Assembly: GCA_023249675.1 (NCBI GenBank)
Contig: JAHFCE010000016.1
Location: 247-64,246 of the forward strand
DNA from: Elusimicrobiota bacterium
GTDB taxonomy: Bacteria > Elusimicrobiota > Elusimicrobia > UBA1565 > UBA9628
Direction: 5' to 3'
DNA length: 64,000 bases
The notes below the pieces were generated by a model. It had not been told where the DNA came from. It did not search any database and saw only the letters and a program-made list of their open reading frames with translations. The position numbers and the translations under genes are program-made. This document shows positions 19,773 through 29,242 of the stretch, piece after piece (position 1 is the first letter of the stretch; each line of letters opens with the position of its first letter).

Positions 19773-19818
19773 GCTAGCAAGATAATGCTAGAATCAGCCG
19801 CGACAAATTGGAGGAAGC

Positions 19819-20238
19819 ATGGCTTTTTACCGCAAGAAGCGCCGGAAAGCGGGCCCCAGCAAGAACGACGAGAAGGTCCTGCGCGCCCAAACGGCCGTGG
19901 ACAACGAGCGCGCCGCCGGCACCCTCTCCACTCGCTTTCCCACCCTGCGCTCCCTGCGCGTGAAGGTCTCGATCGCCACGCCCCAGGGCGTAATCCTCGA
20001 GGAGTCCGAAGAGACCTACGGCCCCAACGACCCGTTCTTTCTCGAGGCGGACTGCCCCGGCTCGTGCGGCTCGGGCTCCTACGACTTCGCCGTCCTCATC
20101 GCCCAGTCGCTCGAGACTCTCCAGAAGCGCGGTGCGGCGCAGATCATCTGCTCCGAGCCCTCGTACAGCGGCGCTGCCGGCACTGTCTGCGGCTGCATCG
20201 CGAAATGCGAATTCACCGCCGAAACCGCGCCGTCCTGA
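19819..20238 (+). CDS. small Cys-containing hypothetical protein (possible Zn-binding)
   Basis: RBS GGAGG; CPGSC and ICSE...VCGC cysteines. Confidence 0.7.
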   Translation: MAFYRKKRRKAGPSKNDEKVLRAQTAVDNERAAGTLSTRFPTLRSLRVKVSIATPQGVILEESEETYGPNDPFFLEADCPGSCGSGSYDFAVLIAQSLETLQKRGAAQIICSEPSYSGAAGTVCGCIAKCEFTAETAPS

Positions 20239-20245
20239 AAACGCC

Positions 20246-20554
20246 ATGAGCCACGAGGCGCGGCGAGCCGCCGCCCTCCTCCTCGGCGCGCTCCTGTTCG
20301 GCGCCTGCGCCTCGGCGGATAAGGAGCGCGAGCCCTTCCTCGAGGGCGATCGGCCCCACTCCGTATCGGCAAAGTCCGACACCGGCTCGTGCAAGCCCTT
20401 CTTCGTTTCCCCCGCCCTCGACTGGGGCGAGGGCGCAGCGCGCCACTCCTGTTGGAACCGCCTCTGGGAAGTCCCCACCGCCCTCGTTGTGGCACCGATC
20501 GCGCTCGGAGTCGCGACGGCCCCGGTCTGGGTTCCGATCGTCCTGCTGCTATGA
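20246..20554 (+). CDS. lipoprotein with C-terminal TM segment
   Basis: Lipobox LFGAC after hydrophobic stretch; start moved to ATG 20246. Confidence 0.65.
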   Translation: MSHEARRAAALLLGALLFGACASADKEREPFLEGDRPHSVSAKSDTGSCKPFFVSPALDWGEGAARHSCWNRLWEVPTALVVAPIALGVATAPVWVPIVLLL

Positions 20555-21262
20555 GAAGCGCTGAAAGCCAACGACGAAGGCCATGGACAGCAGCGGGTAC
20601 ATGCAGCCTCGCAGCAGCGAATTCCAGACCGGGTGGTTCATGTCCACCAAACGCATCAGGCACGCGCTTCCGGCAAGCCAGGCGATCGGCGGCAGGATCA
20701 ACTCGTTAGGAATCAGCGGCCAGGGATTCATCTTGGTCGCCACGGCCAGTCCCACGATGGCCCAGGACACCGCGCCCAGCCAAAGCCTGGACCCGCCACA
20801 GCCGAGCTCCGCCGCCCAACGCGCATAAGCCGCCTGCGAAAAAGCCATCGCCGCAAAACCCAAAGTCAGAACTCCAAAAGGCACGATCCAAAGCCATGCC
20901 GAGACCTTCGGCCCCAATGCGCGGTATCCCTTTTGCGCGAGAAGCCAGAAGCCCCGCGCCCGATCCGAGAGTGTTGCCGTGTGGCGCCGCTTCTGCTGCA
21001 AAGTGCGCATCAGATTATCGAGCACCGGCGATTGCCCCTGACCCGCCGCCCGAATTTGCCTCAAATCATCGGCCAGCTCCCCTTGCGGCTCGGAGGCATC
21101 GCTCGCCGCCTGACCCGCTTGCCGCAACATCTGCAGCAGCTCGGCAGAAACAACGGGAGCGGTCTCCATCTGCGGCTCCGCGGGCAACACGGACATCGCC
21201 CGCGGTCCGTAATGGACCGCGCTTCCCAAACTCAGCAACAGCATCAGCCGGCCGAAGCTCAC
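20549..21262 (-). CDS. hypothetical membrane protein
   Basis: N-terminal hydrophobic leader and about 4 C-terminal TM segments. Confidence 0.6.
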   Translation of the reverse strand: MSFGRLMLLLSLGSAVHYGPRAMSVLPAEPQMETAPVVSAELLQMLRQAGQAASDASEPQGELADDLRQIRAAGQGQSPVLDNLMRTLQQKRRHTATLSDRARGFWLLAQKGYRALGPKVSAWLWIVPFGVLTLGFAAMAFSQAAYARWAAELGCGGSRLWLGAVSWAIVGLAVATKMNPWPLIPNELILPPIAWLAGSACLMRLVDMNHPVWNSLLRGCMYPLLSMAFVVGFQRFS

Positions 21263-21597
21263 GCGCCCCCCGCTCCGCTCGGATTCGGCCTGAAACCGAC
21301 CGCTTTGACCACCTCTTGAACGTAAGCGAAGCCCTGGCCCGGTTGATCCAGCTCCCCGGCCGCCGTGACCGCCTCAAGCACCGCGTCCACCTTCTCCGGG
21401 CTCGTCACGAGAAAGACCACCTGCTTCTCGGCTTCGATGAACATCCCCAGCAGACCCATGGCCTGGCGGACGCCGGTGCCCTGGGCGTAGAAGAACGTCG
21501 CCCCCGTCGCCCCCGCCTTCATCGCCGCGTCCAAGACGCGGTCGCCCCTTTTACGCTGCACAACCACCGTCAGCAGCCTCAAGGGATCCTTTTCCAT
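21259..21597 (-). CDS. P-II superfamily signal transduction protein
   Basis: 112 aa; AMKAGATGAT..AQGTG, EKQVVFLV, PGQGFAYV B-loop-like motif. Confidence 0.85.
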   Translation of the reverse strand: MEKDPLRLLTVVVQRKRGDRVLDAAMKAGATGATFFYAQGTGVRQAMGLLGMFIEAEKQVVFLVTSPEKVDAVLEAVTAAGELDQPGQGFAYVQEVVKAVGFRPNPSGAGGA

Positions 21598-21654
21598 GCG
21601 CTCATTTTAGCATAGCGAGGAAAGGCATTCGCACTGCCGGTCGACGCGCTCGCG

Positions 21655-21683
21655 TTGACAAATTCCCATCCGTGTATTACAAT
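21655..21683 (+). promoter_or_regulatory. sigma70 promoter of the radical SAM gene
   Basis: TTGACA-17 bp-TACAAT. Confidence 0.8.
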
Positions 21684-21743
21684 GGTCGAAATGTTGCCCA
21701 GACGGTTGTTCGCCGGGTATCGTTTAATTCTGTTGGATAATTA

Positions 21744-23720
21744 ATGAAAATTTCATTATGCACAGTGCCCGTCGGCCTGGATGATGGCGACACGATCGCT
21801 AAAGTCAAGCCGGGCGTAGACACTTTCGTTTCACCCCGCTCCGGCGGCCGCCACCCGGTCATGCCCAAGATAGCCATAGTCAGTCTCATGCACTGGATGG
21901 AGAAGCACGGCTACCCGCGGCAGACATGCGATTACTACGACATCGACATGGAGATGCCTACGGATGCAAGACTGGAACACTATTTCCGGGAGTATCAACC
22001 CGACGTGGTCGGCTTAAGCGCGGTGGTTTCAACCTGTTACTACCAGGTCTGCCGCCTTTCGAAGATCATCCGCGCGACCTGTCCCGATGCCTGGATCGTC
22101 ATGGGTGGAAGCATGTCCGCCTCCGCCAACTCCGTGCTGCGCAGGACGGACGTGGATATCTGCGTGGCCGGAGACGGCGAGATGCCCTGGGTCAAGTTCC
22201 TGGACTATGTCAAGCAGCATGGACGCAGGCGCGACTACGCGGCTCTCTCTGATATCCGCGGCCTTGCCTACCTGGATGACAACGGTGAGCTGCAATCCAC
22301 CGGCTACGGGCAGTCCATTCCCGCCGATGATATCCCTTTCCCCGACTACGACATCCTCCAGGCAGGCCTGAAGGACAGGCCGCAGGACCTCGCGTATTAC
22401 TTTCGCGTCGGTTCCGAGGCCATCGACTTCCAAACCGATCCGCGCTCTTTCGATAAACACCGGAACCCGATGCTGGCCGATCTCTGGAGCTCGAAAGGCT
22501 GCGTGGCACGCTGCACCTTCTGTCAGCGCTCGACCAAAGGCTACCGCGTCCCCCTGATCGAATCCCTTGACAGCCACATCGCTATGCTCAAGGAACGATT
22601 TAATGTTGGTTTCATCAATGTCATTGACGAGAATTTCGCCTCTAACCGCGAATACGCCTATGACTTCGCACGGACCATGAAGAAACACGACATGCTCTGG
22701 ATAGCCGTCGGCGTGCGTGTTTCCTCCATCGAGCGCGAGGATGTGCGCTTCTTCAAGGAGCACGGCTGCACCTGCCTTAAGTTCGGCGTCGAAACCGGAA
22801 GCCAGAAAATCATGAACGTCATGGAGAAAAAATTTACGGTGGAAAGGGTCTACCAAACCCTCAAGCATTGCGCCGACTACGACATCTTCTCCCCTCTGGC
22901 GGTCATGGTCGGAATGCCCGGAGAAACCAACGAGACGGCACTGGCGACCGGCCGATTCTTGGGCCGCGTCGCGCACATGCAGGGAACAGACCCCCAACTC
23001 ATGGAGGAGATGTCCATTTTCTACGCCCTGCCTCTTCCCGGCACCCCGCTCTACGTCTACGGACAGCGCATCGGTCTTATCGGATCCAGCCCCAAAGAGG
23101 AGGAAGACTACCTACTGCAGGTCTCCGGAACGGGCGCCAGCAAGCTCAATTACGTCAACCTCAACGGCGCTCCATTGCGAGACGTCATCTTTTGGGACTG
23201 GCTGGTCCGGCTCGAGATGGCAAGAACATTCCTCGAACTGGACAAAAAATCTCCCATCAGCCGAGACAGTTTCTTTTACCGCGCCGTCAGCGACACGGAC
23301 GGTCTGGCCCGCCGCAAGGATGACCTGCACAAGCCGCTGACAGTATACGGAATCATCAGCCGCATCAAGTCGGGCTTGCGTACCGGTGTTCGAGCCAAGC
23401 TGTTCTACGCCCTGGACCATTTCATTGAAAAATTCGTCCTCTTCAACCCCTGGGCGCACAAACTACCGCGCTGGCTGCTCTATGGGACTCTAAAGAACAT
23501 GCTGTATGCGATGTACTTGCTGCAGCGCGCACTGGTCCGATCGATGGGGCGTAATTTCAACCTCTACAAGGCCAGGCCTCAAATCAAGTCCCTGAATCTC
23601 GAGGAACAGCCCGCGAAAGTCGACATCACCATGTCTATTCGAAGCATCGTACAGAAAAAACCCGCCGCCCACTCAACGGTAGGCGAACGCAATCGGGAGA
23701 TTCTCGCTATCGGCCTCTAG
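21744..23720 (+). CDS. B12-binding domain radical SAM protein
   Basis: Cobalamin-binding N-domain (PDVVGLSAV, IVMGG), GCVARCTFC cluster motif, FGVETGSQK, MVGMPGET. Confidence 0.9.
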   Translation: MKISLCTVPVGLDDGDTIAKVKPGVDTFVSPRSGGRHPVMPKIAIVSLMHWMEKHGYPRQTCDYYDIDMEMPTDARLEHYFREYQPDVVGLSAVVSTCYYQVCRLSKIIRATCPDAWIVMGGSMSASANSVLRRTDVDICVAGDGEMPWVKFLDYVKQHGRRRDYAALSDIRGLAYLDDNGELQSTGYGQSIPADDIPFPDYDILQAGLKDRPQDLAYYFRVGSEAIDFQTDPRSFDKHRNPMLADLWSSKGCVARCTFCQRSTKGYRVPLIESLDSHIAMLKERFNVGFINVIDENFASNREYAYDFARTMKKHDMLWIAVGVRVSSIEREDVRFFKEHGCTCLKFGVETGSQKIMNVMEKKFTVERVYQTLKHCADYDIFSPLAVMVGMPGETNETALATGRFLGRVAHMQGTDPQLMEEMSIFYALPLPGTPLYVYGQRIGLIGSSPKEEEDYLLQVSGTGASKLNYVNLNGAPLRDVIFWDWLVRLEMARTFLELDKKSPISRDSFFYRAVSDTDGLARRKDDLHKPLTVYGIISRIKSGLRTGVRAKLFYALDHFIEKFVLFNPWAHKLPRWLLYGTLKNMLYAMYLLQRALVRSMGRNFNLYKARPQIKSLNLEEQPAKVDITMSIRSIVQKKPAAHSTVGERNREILAIGL

Positions 23721-23734
23721 GCTGACCCGCCCCC

Positions 23735-24790
23735 ATGATGAATGTCGGCATCCTGGGCGGCACTCGCTTCATCGGCTTTCACTTGGCGGAAGCTTTCCTG
23801 GCCCGCGGCGACAAGGTGACGATCCTGCACCGCGGCCGGCAGATCGAGCCCCATCCATTTTCGGGCTCCGTCAACCGCGTCTTCGGCGATCGAAGCAAGC
23901 CTGACACGCTCGAGCCTTTCTTCAGCGCCAGCTACGACGCCCTCATCGACCTTTCCGGCTACACCACCGCCCACGTCGAACCCCTGTTATCGCGTTGGAG
24001 AGGCAAGATCGGGCACTACGTCTTCTGCAGCACCACCGCGGTCTACCGCCGGCCGCCGCCGCTGCCGTTCGACGAACAAGCCGCCCGCGCGCTTGAGCCG
24101 GGCACCTATGGAGGAGACAAGGCCCGAGCCGAGGACGCCATCCTCAATGCCGCGCGACGGCACTGCTGGCCGGCCACCGTGCTGCGTCCGCAGGGCGTCT
24201 TCGGCCCATTCGACCCAGGTCCATGGCTCGTTTACATATGGCAACGACTCCGCGCCACGCAACCCATTCCCATCCGACCTGAAACCAGCGGCAAGAAAAT
24301 AACCCCGCTTTGGATCGGCGATTTAACGAATATTTTCCTGTGTGCCGTCGGCAATCCCAAGGCCTTCGGGCAAATCTTCAACGCCACCGGAACCGAAGCG
24401 ATCACGCCAGAGCACCTTACCATTCTGGCCGCCAAAACGGCGCAGATGGAAAAATGCGAATCATTCGTCCTGGAACGGCAAGTGTCTCAAGGACTGCCGC
24501 ATTTGGGCTTGCCTTGGGAACGGCACGATCTGGTCGCCGATGCCCGGAAAGTATGGCGCGAATTGGAATTGGCCGCCACGCCCCTAGAGCAGGCTCTGCA
24601 TCACACCTGGGACTGGTGCCGTAGCCAGCCAGGCTTGCTCGAGTGGCGGCCACAACGCTGGGAGCAACAGGCCCGGCAAGACCGTCCGCCGCCTACTTGG
24701 AAACACTTGTACTGGCGCCTGCGCGACCATCTGCGCCTCCTGCCGATAGTCGATCGCTGCGTCCAACGACTCAGGCGAAAACGCCATTAA
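23735..24790 (+). CDS. NAD-dependent epimerase/dehydratase (extended SDR)
   Basis: GGTRFIG, YGGDK (YxxxK), LRPQGVFGP. Confidence 0.85.
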   Translation: MMNVGILGGTRFIGFHLAEAFLARGDKVTILHRGRQIEPHPFSGSVNRVFGDRSKPDTLEPFFSASYDALIDLSGYTTAHVEPLLSRWRGKIGHYVFCSTTAVYRRPPPLPFDEQAARALEPGTYGGDKARAEDAILNAARRHCWPATVLRPQGVFGPFDPGPWLVYIWQRLRATQPIPIRPETSGKKITPLWIGDLTNIFLCAVGNPKAFGQIFNATGTEAITPEHLTILAAKTAQMEKCESFVLERQVSQGLPHLGLPWERHDLVADARKVWRELELAATPLEQALHHTWDWCRSQPGLLEWRPQRWEQQARQDRPPPTWKHLYWRLRDHLRLLPIVDRCVQRLRRKRH

Positions 24791-24867
24791 CCCCACAACC
24801 GATCGTAAATCCGATCAGCACATCGCAGCCATCGATTTCGCGAATGATATTCTCCCCCCGATTCTCC

Positions 24868-24896
24868 TTGAAATGACTGGCCGACTCTGCTACCAT
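24868..24896 (+). promoter_or_regulatory. tRNA promoter
   Basis: TTGAAA-17 bp-TACCAT ending 4 nt before the tRNA. Confidence 0.7.
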
Positions 24897-24900
24897 AAAG

Positions 24901-24974
24901 CGCGGGGTAGAGCAGCCCGGTAGCTCGCAAGGCTCATAACCTTGAGGTCGCTGGTTCAAATCCAGCCCCCGCAA
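24901..24974 (+). tRNA. tRNA-fMet (initiator, anticodon CAT), CCA not encoded
   Basis: CGCGGGG/CCCCGCA acceptor stem with C1:A72 mismatch, CAAGG-CTCATAA-CCTTG anticodon arm, GCTGG-TTCAAAT-CCAGC T arm; followed by CGG. Confidence 0.95.
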
Positions 24975-26671
24975 CGGTCTGGAATGCGGACTGGCAGCTC
25001 CGCCGGGAAGTCCGGCCAAGCCTCACGGAGCGTCAACAGAGCGGTCGGATCGATAACGATCCGACCGCTCTTGTCTTTATCCACCACGATCTCCCTGATG
25101 ACGTGGGTGAGAACCGCACGTCGGAGCTCCATCCCGACGCCGAAGTAGAATCCCCGGAAGCGTTCCGCCCACAGCACCAGCTCTTTGTCCTTCCAAGTCA
25201 GCGCACCCGGATCTCCGCCGGGGACCGCCGCCACCGACAACTGCTCCAGTCTTTTCTCACGTCGCGCGATCTCGGCGACGAGGCTGGCGGCCTGCGCGCC
25301 GGCGGCGGCGATAGCCCTAGTGAAATTCTCTATCTCACCTTGAAGCTTCGTCCGCTCCTTCTCAGCAGTTCGGCGCGTCTCATCAATGCGGTCCCCCTCG
25401 GCGGACGTCCATTCATTGACAGCCTCGAATAGCGACCGAAGCGAGTCAGGATCGGTGATGGCTTTGAGCACGGCCTCTTCGATGACTTCCTCGGCCATGT
25501 CCATGACTATCGGCCGCGTCGGGCAGGATGCCCAGCCGTGCCGCGTCTTATTCCCGCAAACCAGATATGCAAACGCCTTGCCGTTCTTCTTCTTGCTGTT
25601 GATCACGAAGCCTGAACCACACGCGCCGCACTTCAACAGGCCGGCCAGGAGCTGTCGACGTACGCTTGTTTTCGAGTGCTTGCGCGCCTCGAAACGTGTC
25701 CAAAGCGTTTGAAACTCCTCTCGCGTAAAAATAGCCGGATGGGTCGCCTCCCGAGACCAAACCCATTCCTCGATGGGATTCTCCGTCCATCGCCGCTTGC
25801 CCGACGCCTTCTTCCATTTCCGAACGTTCCAAACAAGAAAGCCCGTGTATCGCGCGTTCTTGAACGCGCTCCGGATGTTCGATGGATTCAAGTGGCGTCC
25901 TTTCTTTGGCCCCCTGAAGCCGAGGACGTGGAGCTCGTTGGCGATGGTCCGCAGCCCCTTAGCTTGCTTCAGGTGCATGTCGACGGCAAGCCGTACCCAT
26001 CGCCATCGCGGCTCCGACGTCGAATCTTGCGGACCTGGCTTCTCATCCAGATCTAGACGGTACCTGAAGCGCTCTTCGCCGCGAGTATTCTTGAGGCCCA
26101 GCGAAACCGGACGGGAGACATAGCCGTCCGGCGCCTTTCCCCCGTTGAGGTAGCCTTCTTCGCAGTTCCCCGTCATCATCGCATGGGTCGTAATCCCAGT
26201 CTGTTTCGAGAAAAATGCGTTGACCTTTTGGATGATTCCCCGCATGAGGTCGCCGTGGGCGCCCTCCGCTTGAAAAGCGGGCTCGGTGGCGCTCATGATG
26301 CGGATGCCCTTTCCGTTGAGGATCATGAAGTCTATCTCGCTATCCTCAGCTCGACCCCAGCGGCTAGAGCTAAAGATAACGATACCGACGAATCGGCGGG
26401 TAGTGGTCATAGCCTCTGCGAGCAGCGCCTTATACCGCTTCCGATTCTCGGTTGAGGTTCCGCTTAGCGCCTCGTCGTAGAACACATCGACGATGCGGAT
26501 ATTGTTTTTTTGGGCGAACTCGCGACAGCGGTTCTGGCGGTTCACCCCCGTGCTTGTATCTTGGAGGTCAGAGGAGTAGCGGTCGTAAATGACGAAGGGC
26601 GCAGGTTCCTGCGTCCGCTTACGCCACTCCTCGTAGGTCAACGCCTTCATCGTCGTCTCCAGCCTTGCCAT
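24956..26671 (-). CDS. large serine recombinase (integrase)
   Basis: YDRYSS catalytic Ser, SRWGR, recombinase domain, CGACG...C...C zinc ribbon, coiled coil; C-terminus reads across attL into the tRNA antisense. Confidence 0.92.
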   Translation of the reverse strand: MARLETTMKALTYEEWRKRTQEPAPFVIYDRYSSDLQDTSTGVNRQNRCREFAQKNNIRIVDVFYDEALSGTSTENRKRYKALLAEAMTTTRRFVGIVIFSSSRWGRAEDSEIDFMILNGKGIRIMSATEPAFQAEGAHGDLMRGIIQKVNAFFSKQTGITTHAMMTGNCEEGYLNGGKAPDGYVSRPVSLGLKNTRGEERFRYRLDLDEKPGPQDSTSEPRWRWVRLAVDMHLKQAKGLRTIANELHVLGFRGPKKGRHLNPSNIRSAFKNARYTGFLVWNVRKWKKASGKRRWTENPIEEWVWSREATHPAIFTREEFQTLWTRFEARKHSKTSVRRQLLAGLLKCGACGSGFVINSKKKNGKAFAYLVCGNKTRHGWASCPTRPIVMDMAEEVIEEAVLKAITDPDSLRSLFEAVNEWTSAEGDRIDETRRTAEKERTKLQGEIENFTRAIAAAGAQAASLVAEIARREKRLEQLSVAAVPGGDPGALTWKDKELVLWAERFRGFYFGVGMELRRAVLTHVIREIVVDKDKSGRIVIDPTALLTLREAWPDFPAELPVRIPDRCGGWI

Positions 26672-26886
26672 ACACGGCCAAGCCTATTCATAATGACCAG
26701 GGATCCATCCTCTTCGAGCCTCATCAGCGGTACGAGGACGATTACCTCGCCTTTATGGACGAAGAGCCTTCCTTGTCGCTTAAGTTCCTTGCCAGCCTCA
26801 AGCATTAGCTCCGTAATTCTCGTCCTTCGCTGCCTGCCTTCTTTAATCGCCATTTTAATCTCCGTGCTAATTCTCATTTCGACCAT
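26647..26886 (-). CDS. small hypothetical protein upstream of the serine integrase (possible directionality factor)
   Basis: 79-aa basic ORF abutting the integrase start; function is positional inference only. Confidence 0.45.
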   Translation of the reverse strand: MVEMRISTEIKMAIKEGRQRRTRITELMLEAGKELKRQGRLFVHKGEVIVLVPLMRLEEDGSLVIMNRLGRVWQGWRRR

Positions 26887-26894
26887 GCCATTGT

Positions 26895-27079
26895 GGTGTC
26901 CACCTGGGTGTCCACTGCACAGCTAGAACGATCCATCTCCGTCAAGGTCAGGCGCTCTCCGTTTGCGCTTTTGACAAGCAGTACGAGCGCCATCAAACTC
27001 CAACAAACTCACTCAACCGCTTAAAAGGCGAGTGCTCTCTCATCGAAGAACTAGACTTGGTGTCCATCAGGGTGTCCAT
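26895..27079. other. attP-like site of the tyrosine integrase (arm repeats plus core)
   Basis: GGTGTCCAY at 26895, 26907, 27059, 27071 (two pairs, 12-bp period) flanking CGC-TTAAAAG-GCG at 27018-27030. Confidence 0.6.
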
Positions 27080-28088
27080 CGAGGGATTTCCCGCTGATGA
27101 CGGGAATGATCGAATCCATGGAAGCCATCTGCGCGGCGATATGCTCGTCAGCCAGATGAGCGTATCTTCCGGTCATGGCGGGGGTCGCGTGACCAAGCAC
27201 TCGCTGCAGCGTTAGCATGTCGCGCGTCTTCATTGCGAAATACGATGCGAATGTATGCCTGGTATCATGGAACTTGAAATCTACAAGCCCCGCCCGCGTA
27301 CGGGCGCGATCGAATCTAGACCTGAGGGCAGCCTTACCCAGATTTATAACGAGCCCCTGCGAACGAGGCCCCAGTGTTTCGAGAACTTCTTTCAGCTTCG
27401 GAGAGATCGGAATACTTCGCGGCTTTTCGGCTTTCGTCTTAACTACCCGTATTACGCCGGCCGAAAACATGACATGTTTCCAGTCCAGACGGAGCAATTC
27501 GCCCCTCCGCATGCCAGTTAAGATCGCGATTAAGAGGACGCTCCTCGTCTCCACATCAGCGGCTTCCAAAAGCCTCACCATTTCCTCGGGCTCAAGATAT
27601 CGCGTCCTTTCGTTATCTTCTTTTTTTCTCGTTACAGCCTTCACCGGATTGTCTCCGAAAAAGTCACCCCAAAGTTTTGCCTTGTTAAAGATCAACAGCA
27701 GAAGGGTCCTATATCTATTCGCATTGGCTGGGCTACCATTTTGCCCACTGTCGACCAGGAGTTCGTTGTAGAATTCCTGGATTTCAGTCGCCTTAATATC
27801 GGCGAGCATTCTGCCCATAAAGCGCGCAACGATCCTCGGCATCATGTTTTTCCACGATGGCGATTTCATGCTCTGCCCGTGAAGGCGCCAGAACTTTGAA
27901 CACTGCTCATCGAAGGATCTCTTAAGAATTTGTCGCTCTGGAAAAAACTTCTGTTCGGCCATCTCAACTTTTCGTTTCTGAAGAAGCTCAACAGCTAGCC
28001 GGTGATTTGGGCCAACCTTTTCTCGCTTCCTGCGTCCCCGCTCACGATAATCGATGTACCAGTCATTCCCCTTTTTATATGTAGCCAT
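27051..28088 (-). CDS. phage-type tyrosine integrase
   Basis: Arm-binding N-terminus (WYIDYRERGRRKREKVG); GMRRGEL, TK, FHDTRH, LGH, RYAH catalytic residues intact. Confidence 0.93.
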   Translation of the reverse strand: MATYKKGNDWYIDYRERGRRKREKVGPNHRLAVELLQKRKVEMAEQKFFPERQILKRSFDEQCSKFWRLHGQSMKSPSWKNMMPRIVARFMGRMLADIKATEIQEFYNELLVDSGQNGSPANANRYRTLLLLIFNKAKLWGDFFGDNPVKAVTRKKEDNERTRYLEPEEMVRLLEAADVETRSVLLIAILTGMRRGELLRLDWKHVMFSAGVIRVVKTKAEKPRSIPISPKLKEVLETLGPRSQGLVINLGKAALRSRFDRARTRAGLVDFKFHDTRHTFASYFAMKTRDMLTLQRVLGHATPAMTGRYAHLADEHIAAQMASMDSIIPVISGKSLDGHPDGHQV

Positions 28089-28147
28089 TACCTATCCTCC
28101 GGCACTCCGAATCTATACCCCATTCAATTCACGGAACTTGGACCCCC

Positions 28148-28639
28148 TCATGCTTGGGAGTTATTATCGACCCCGTACATGCGTAAAATTTCCGCAGGAA
28201 CGATCTGCCCAAGTCGATAAGCCAATACTTTCTCAGGGCATCCTGAGCGCAAAAAATCGTGCATATACTCGTATCGAAGCGCGCCAAACGAAAGGTACGT
28301 TTGGCCGCTTAGGCTGGCAGCCAACTTTAACTGCGCAATCAGTTCTTCTGGGCTGGATTTAAAGACTAGGCCGGTTCTTTGCGGTGAGAGAGCACCCAGT
28401 GCTTTTCGCATGTCCGGCGTGAGCGGTATTCTTCGGAATTCGCCCTTAAAGTCTGGGATATCGATATCTCTGGCTGCGATATAGACGTTCTCCCATACCA
28501 AACTGGAAATTTCCGAAAGGCGGAGACCTCCATCGACAGCAAGAAGCGTGGCAGCGTAGACCTCAGGATAATGTTTGCGACAGGCTGCAAGAAGGCCGTC
28601 AATTGAGGCTCTTGAGGGCATTTTGGCGACTGTTTTCAT
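28148..28639 (-). CDS. short tyrosine-recombinase catalytic-domain-like protein with degenerate active site
   Basis: GLRLSEI and RRIPL kept; HxxR is GALR, LGH is LGQ; 163 aa, no core-binding domain. Confidence 0.7.
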   Translation of the reverse strand: MKTVAKMPSRASIDGLLAACRKHYPEVYAATLLAVDGGLRLSEISSLVWENVYIAARDIDIPDFKGEFRRIPLTPDMRKALGALSPQRTGLVFKSSPEELIAQLKLAASLSGQTYLSFGALRYEYMHDFLRSGCPEKVLAYRLGQIVPAEILRMYGVDNNSQA

Positions 28640-28688
28640 ATTTCCTCCTCCGCGGGTATACCCGCATACGATAACGGACAGTATTAGA

Positions 28689-28751
28689 ATGATAACATAT
28701 GCTCACAGCTATGTCAATGGTATTGACACACTATTTGTCTGATACTATAAT
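28689..28751. promoter_or_regulatory. back-to-back divergent sigma70 promoters
   Basis: Plus: TTGACA(28723)-17-TATAAT(28746). Minus: TTGACA(28717)-17-TATCAT(28694). The -35 boxes are 5 bp apart. Confidence 0.85.
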
Positions 28752-28757
28752 GCGGCC

Positions 28758-29027
28758 ATGAAGAAAACAGGGCACCGCGGTCCCAGCATTCAAATCGGCA
28801 TCCGTATCCCCCAAGCACTACACCAGCGCCTTGTGGCGATTGCGACCACTGAGCGGCGATCTCTAAACGATCAGATCCTGCATCTGATGGAGACTGGCTG
28901 CCGCTTTTATCCAACAGAAAAAACCTCTCTACTCGAGATGTTTGCGGCGGAAGTCAAAGAAAAGCAACGCGACTCCTCGCCGAGCAATACTGCGCCGGCA
29001 AAGAGTCACGATTCACCTCGGCGTTGA
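28758..29027 (+). CDS. Arc/ribbon-helix-helix DNA-binding protein
   Basis: IQIGIRIPQALHQRLVAIATTERRSLNDQILHLM. Confidence 0.85.
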   Translation: MKKTGHRGPSIQIGIRIPQALHQRLVAIATTERRSLNDQILHLMETGCRFYPTEKTSLLEMFAAEVKEKQRDSSPSNTAPAKSHDSPRR

Positions 29028-29219
29028 GCTCGTCTTCTGTCTTTCGACCCACTGATCGATTGCTTGGCGATCGAATCTCAGTGCTCGTCCGAGCCGCACG
29101 ATCGCTTCTCCTGGTATCTTCCCCATGCTGACCCACGTATAGATCGTTGCCCGCGGTAACGCCAGGTAATCGCTTAGTCCGGACACATCTAAAAGCCGTC
29201 GATCCCGTTCAGAGTTCAT
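29013..29219 (-). CDS. excisionase / AlpA-like HTH
   Basis: LLDVSGLSDYLALPRATIYTWVSMGKIP..VRLGRALRFDRQAIDQWV; ATG 29219 with RBS GGAGG. Confidence 0.85.
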   Translation of the reverse strand: MNSERDRRLLDVSGLSDYLALPRATIYTWVSMGKIPGEAIVRLGRALRFDRQAIDQWVERQKTSSTPR

Positions 29220-29242
29220 AAAGCCTCCAAGTACTAACCGAT

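Noticed and set aside
27051-28088. Tyrosine integrase as the integron integrase IntI
   Set aside because: It has a phage-type arm-binding N-terminus, no evident IntI insertion, and lies 7 kb from the array with its own att-like site
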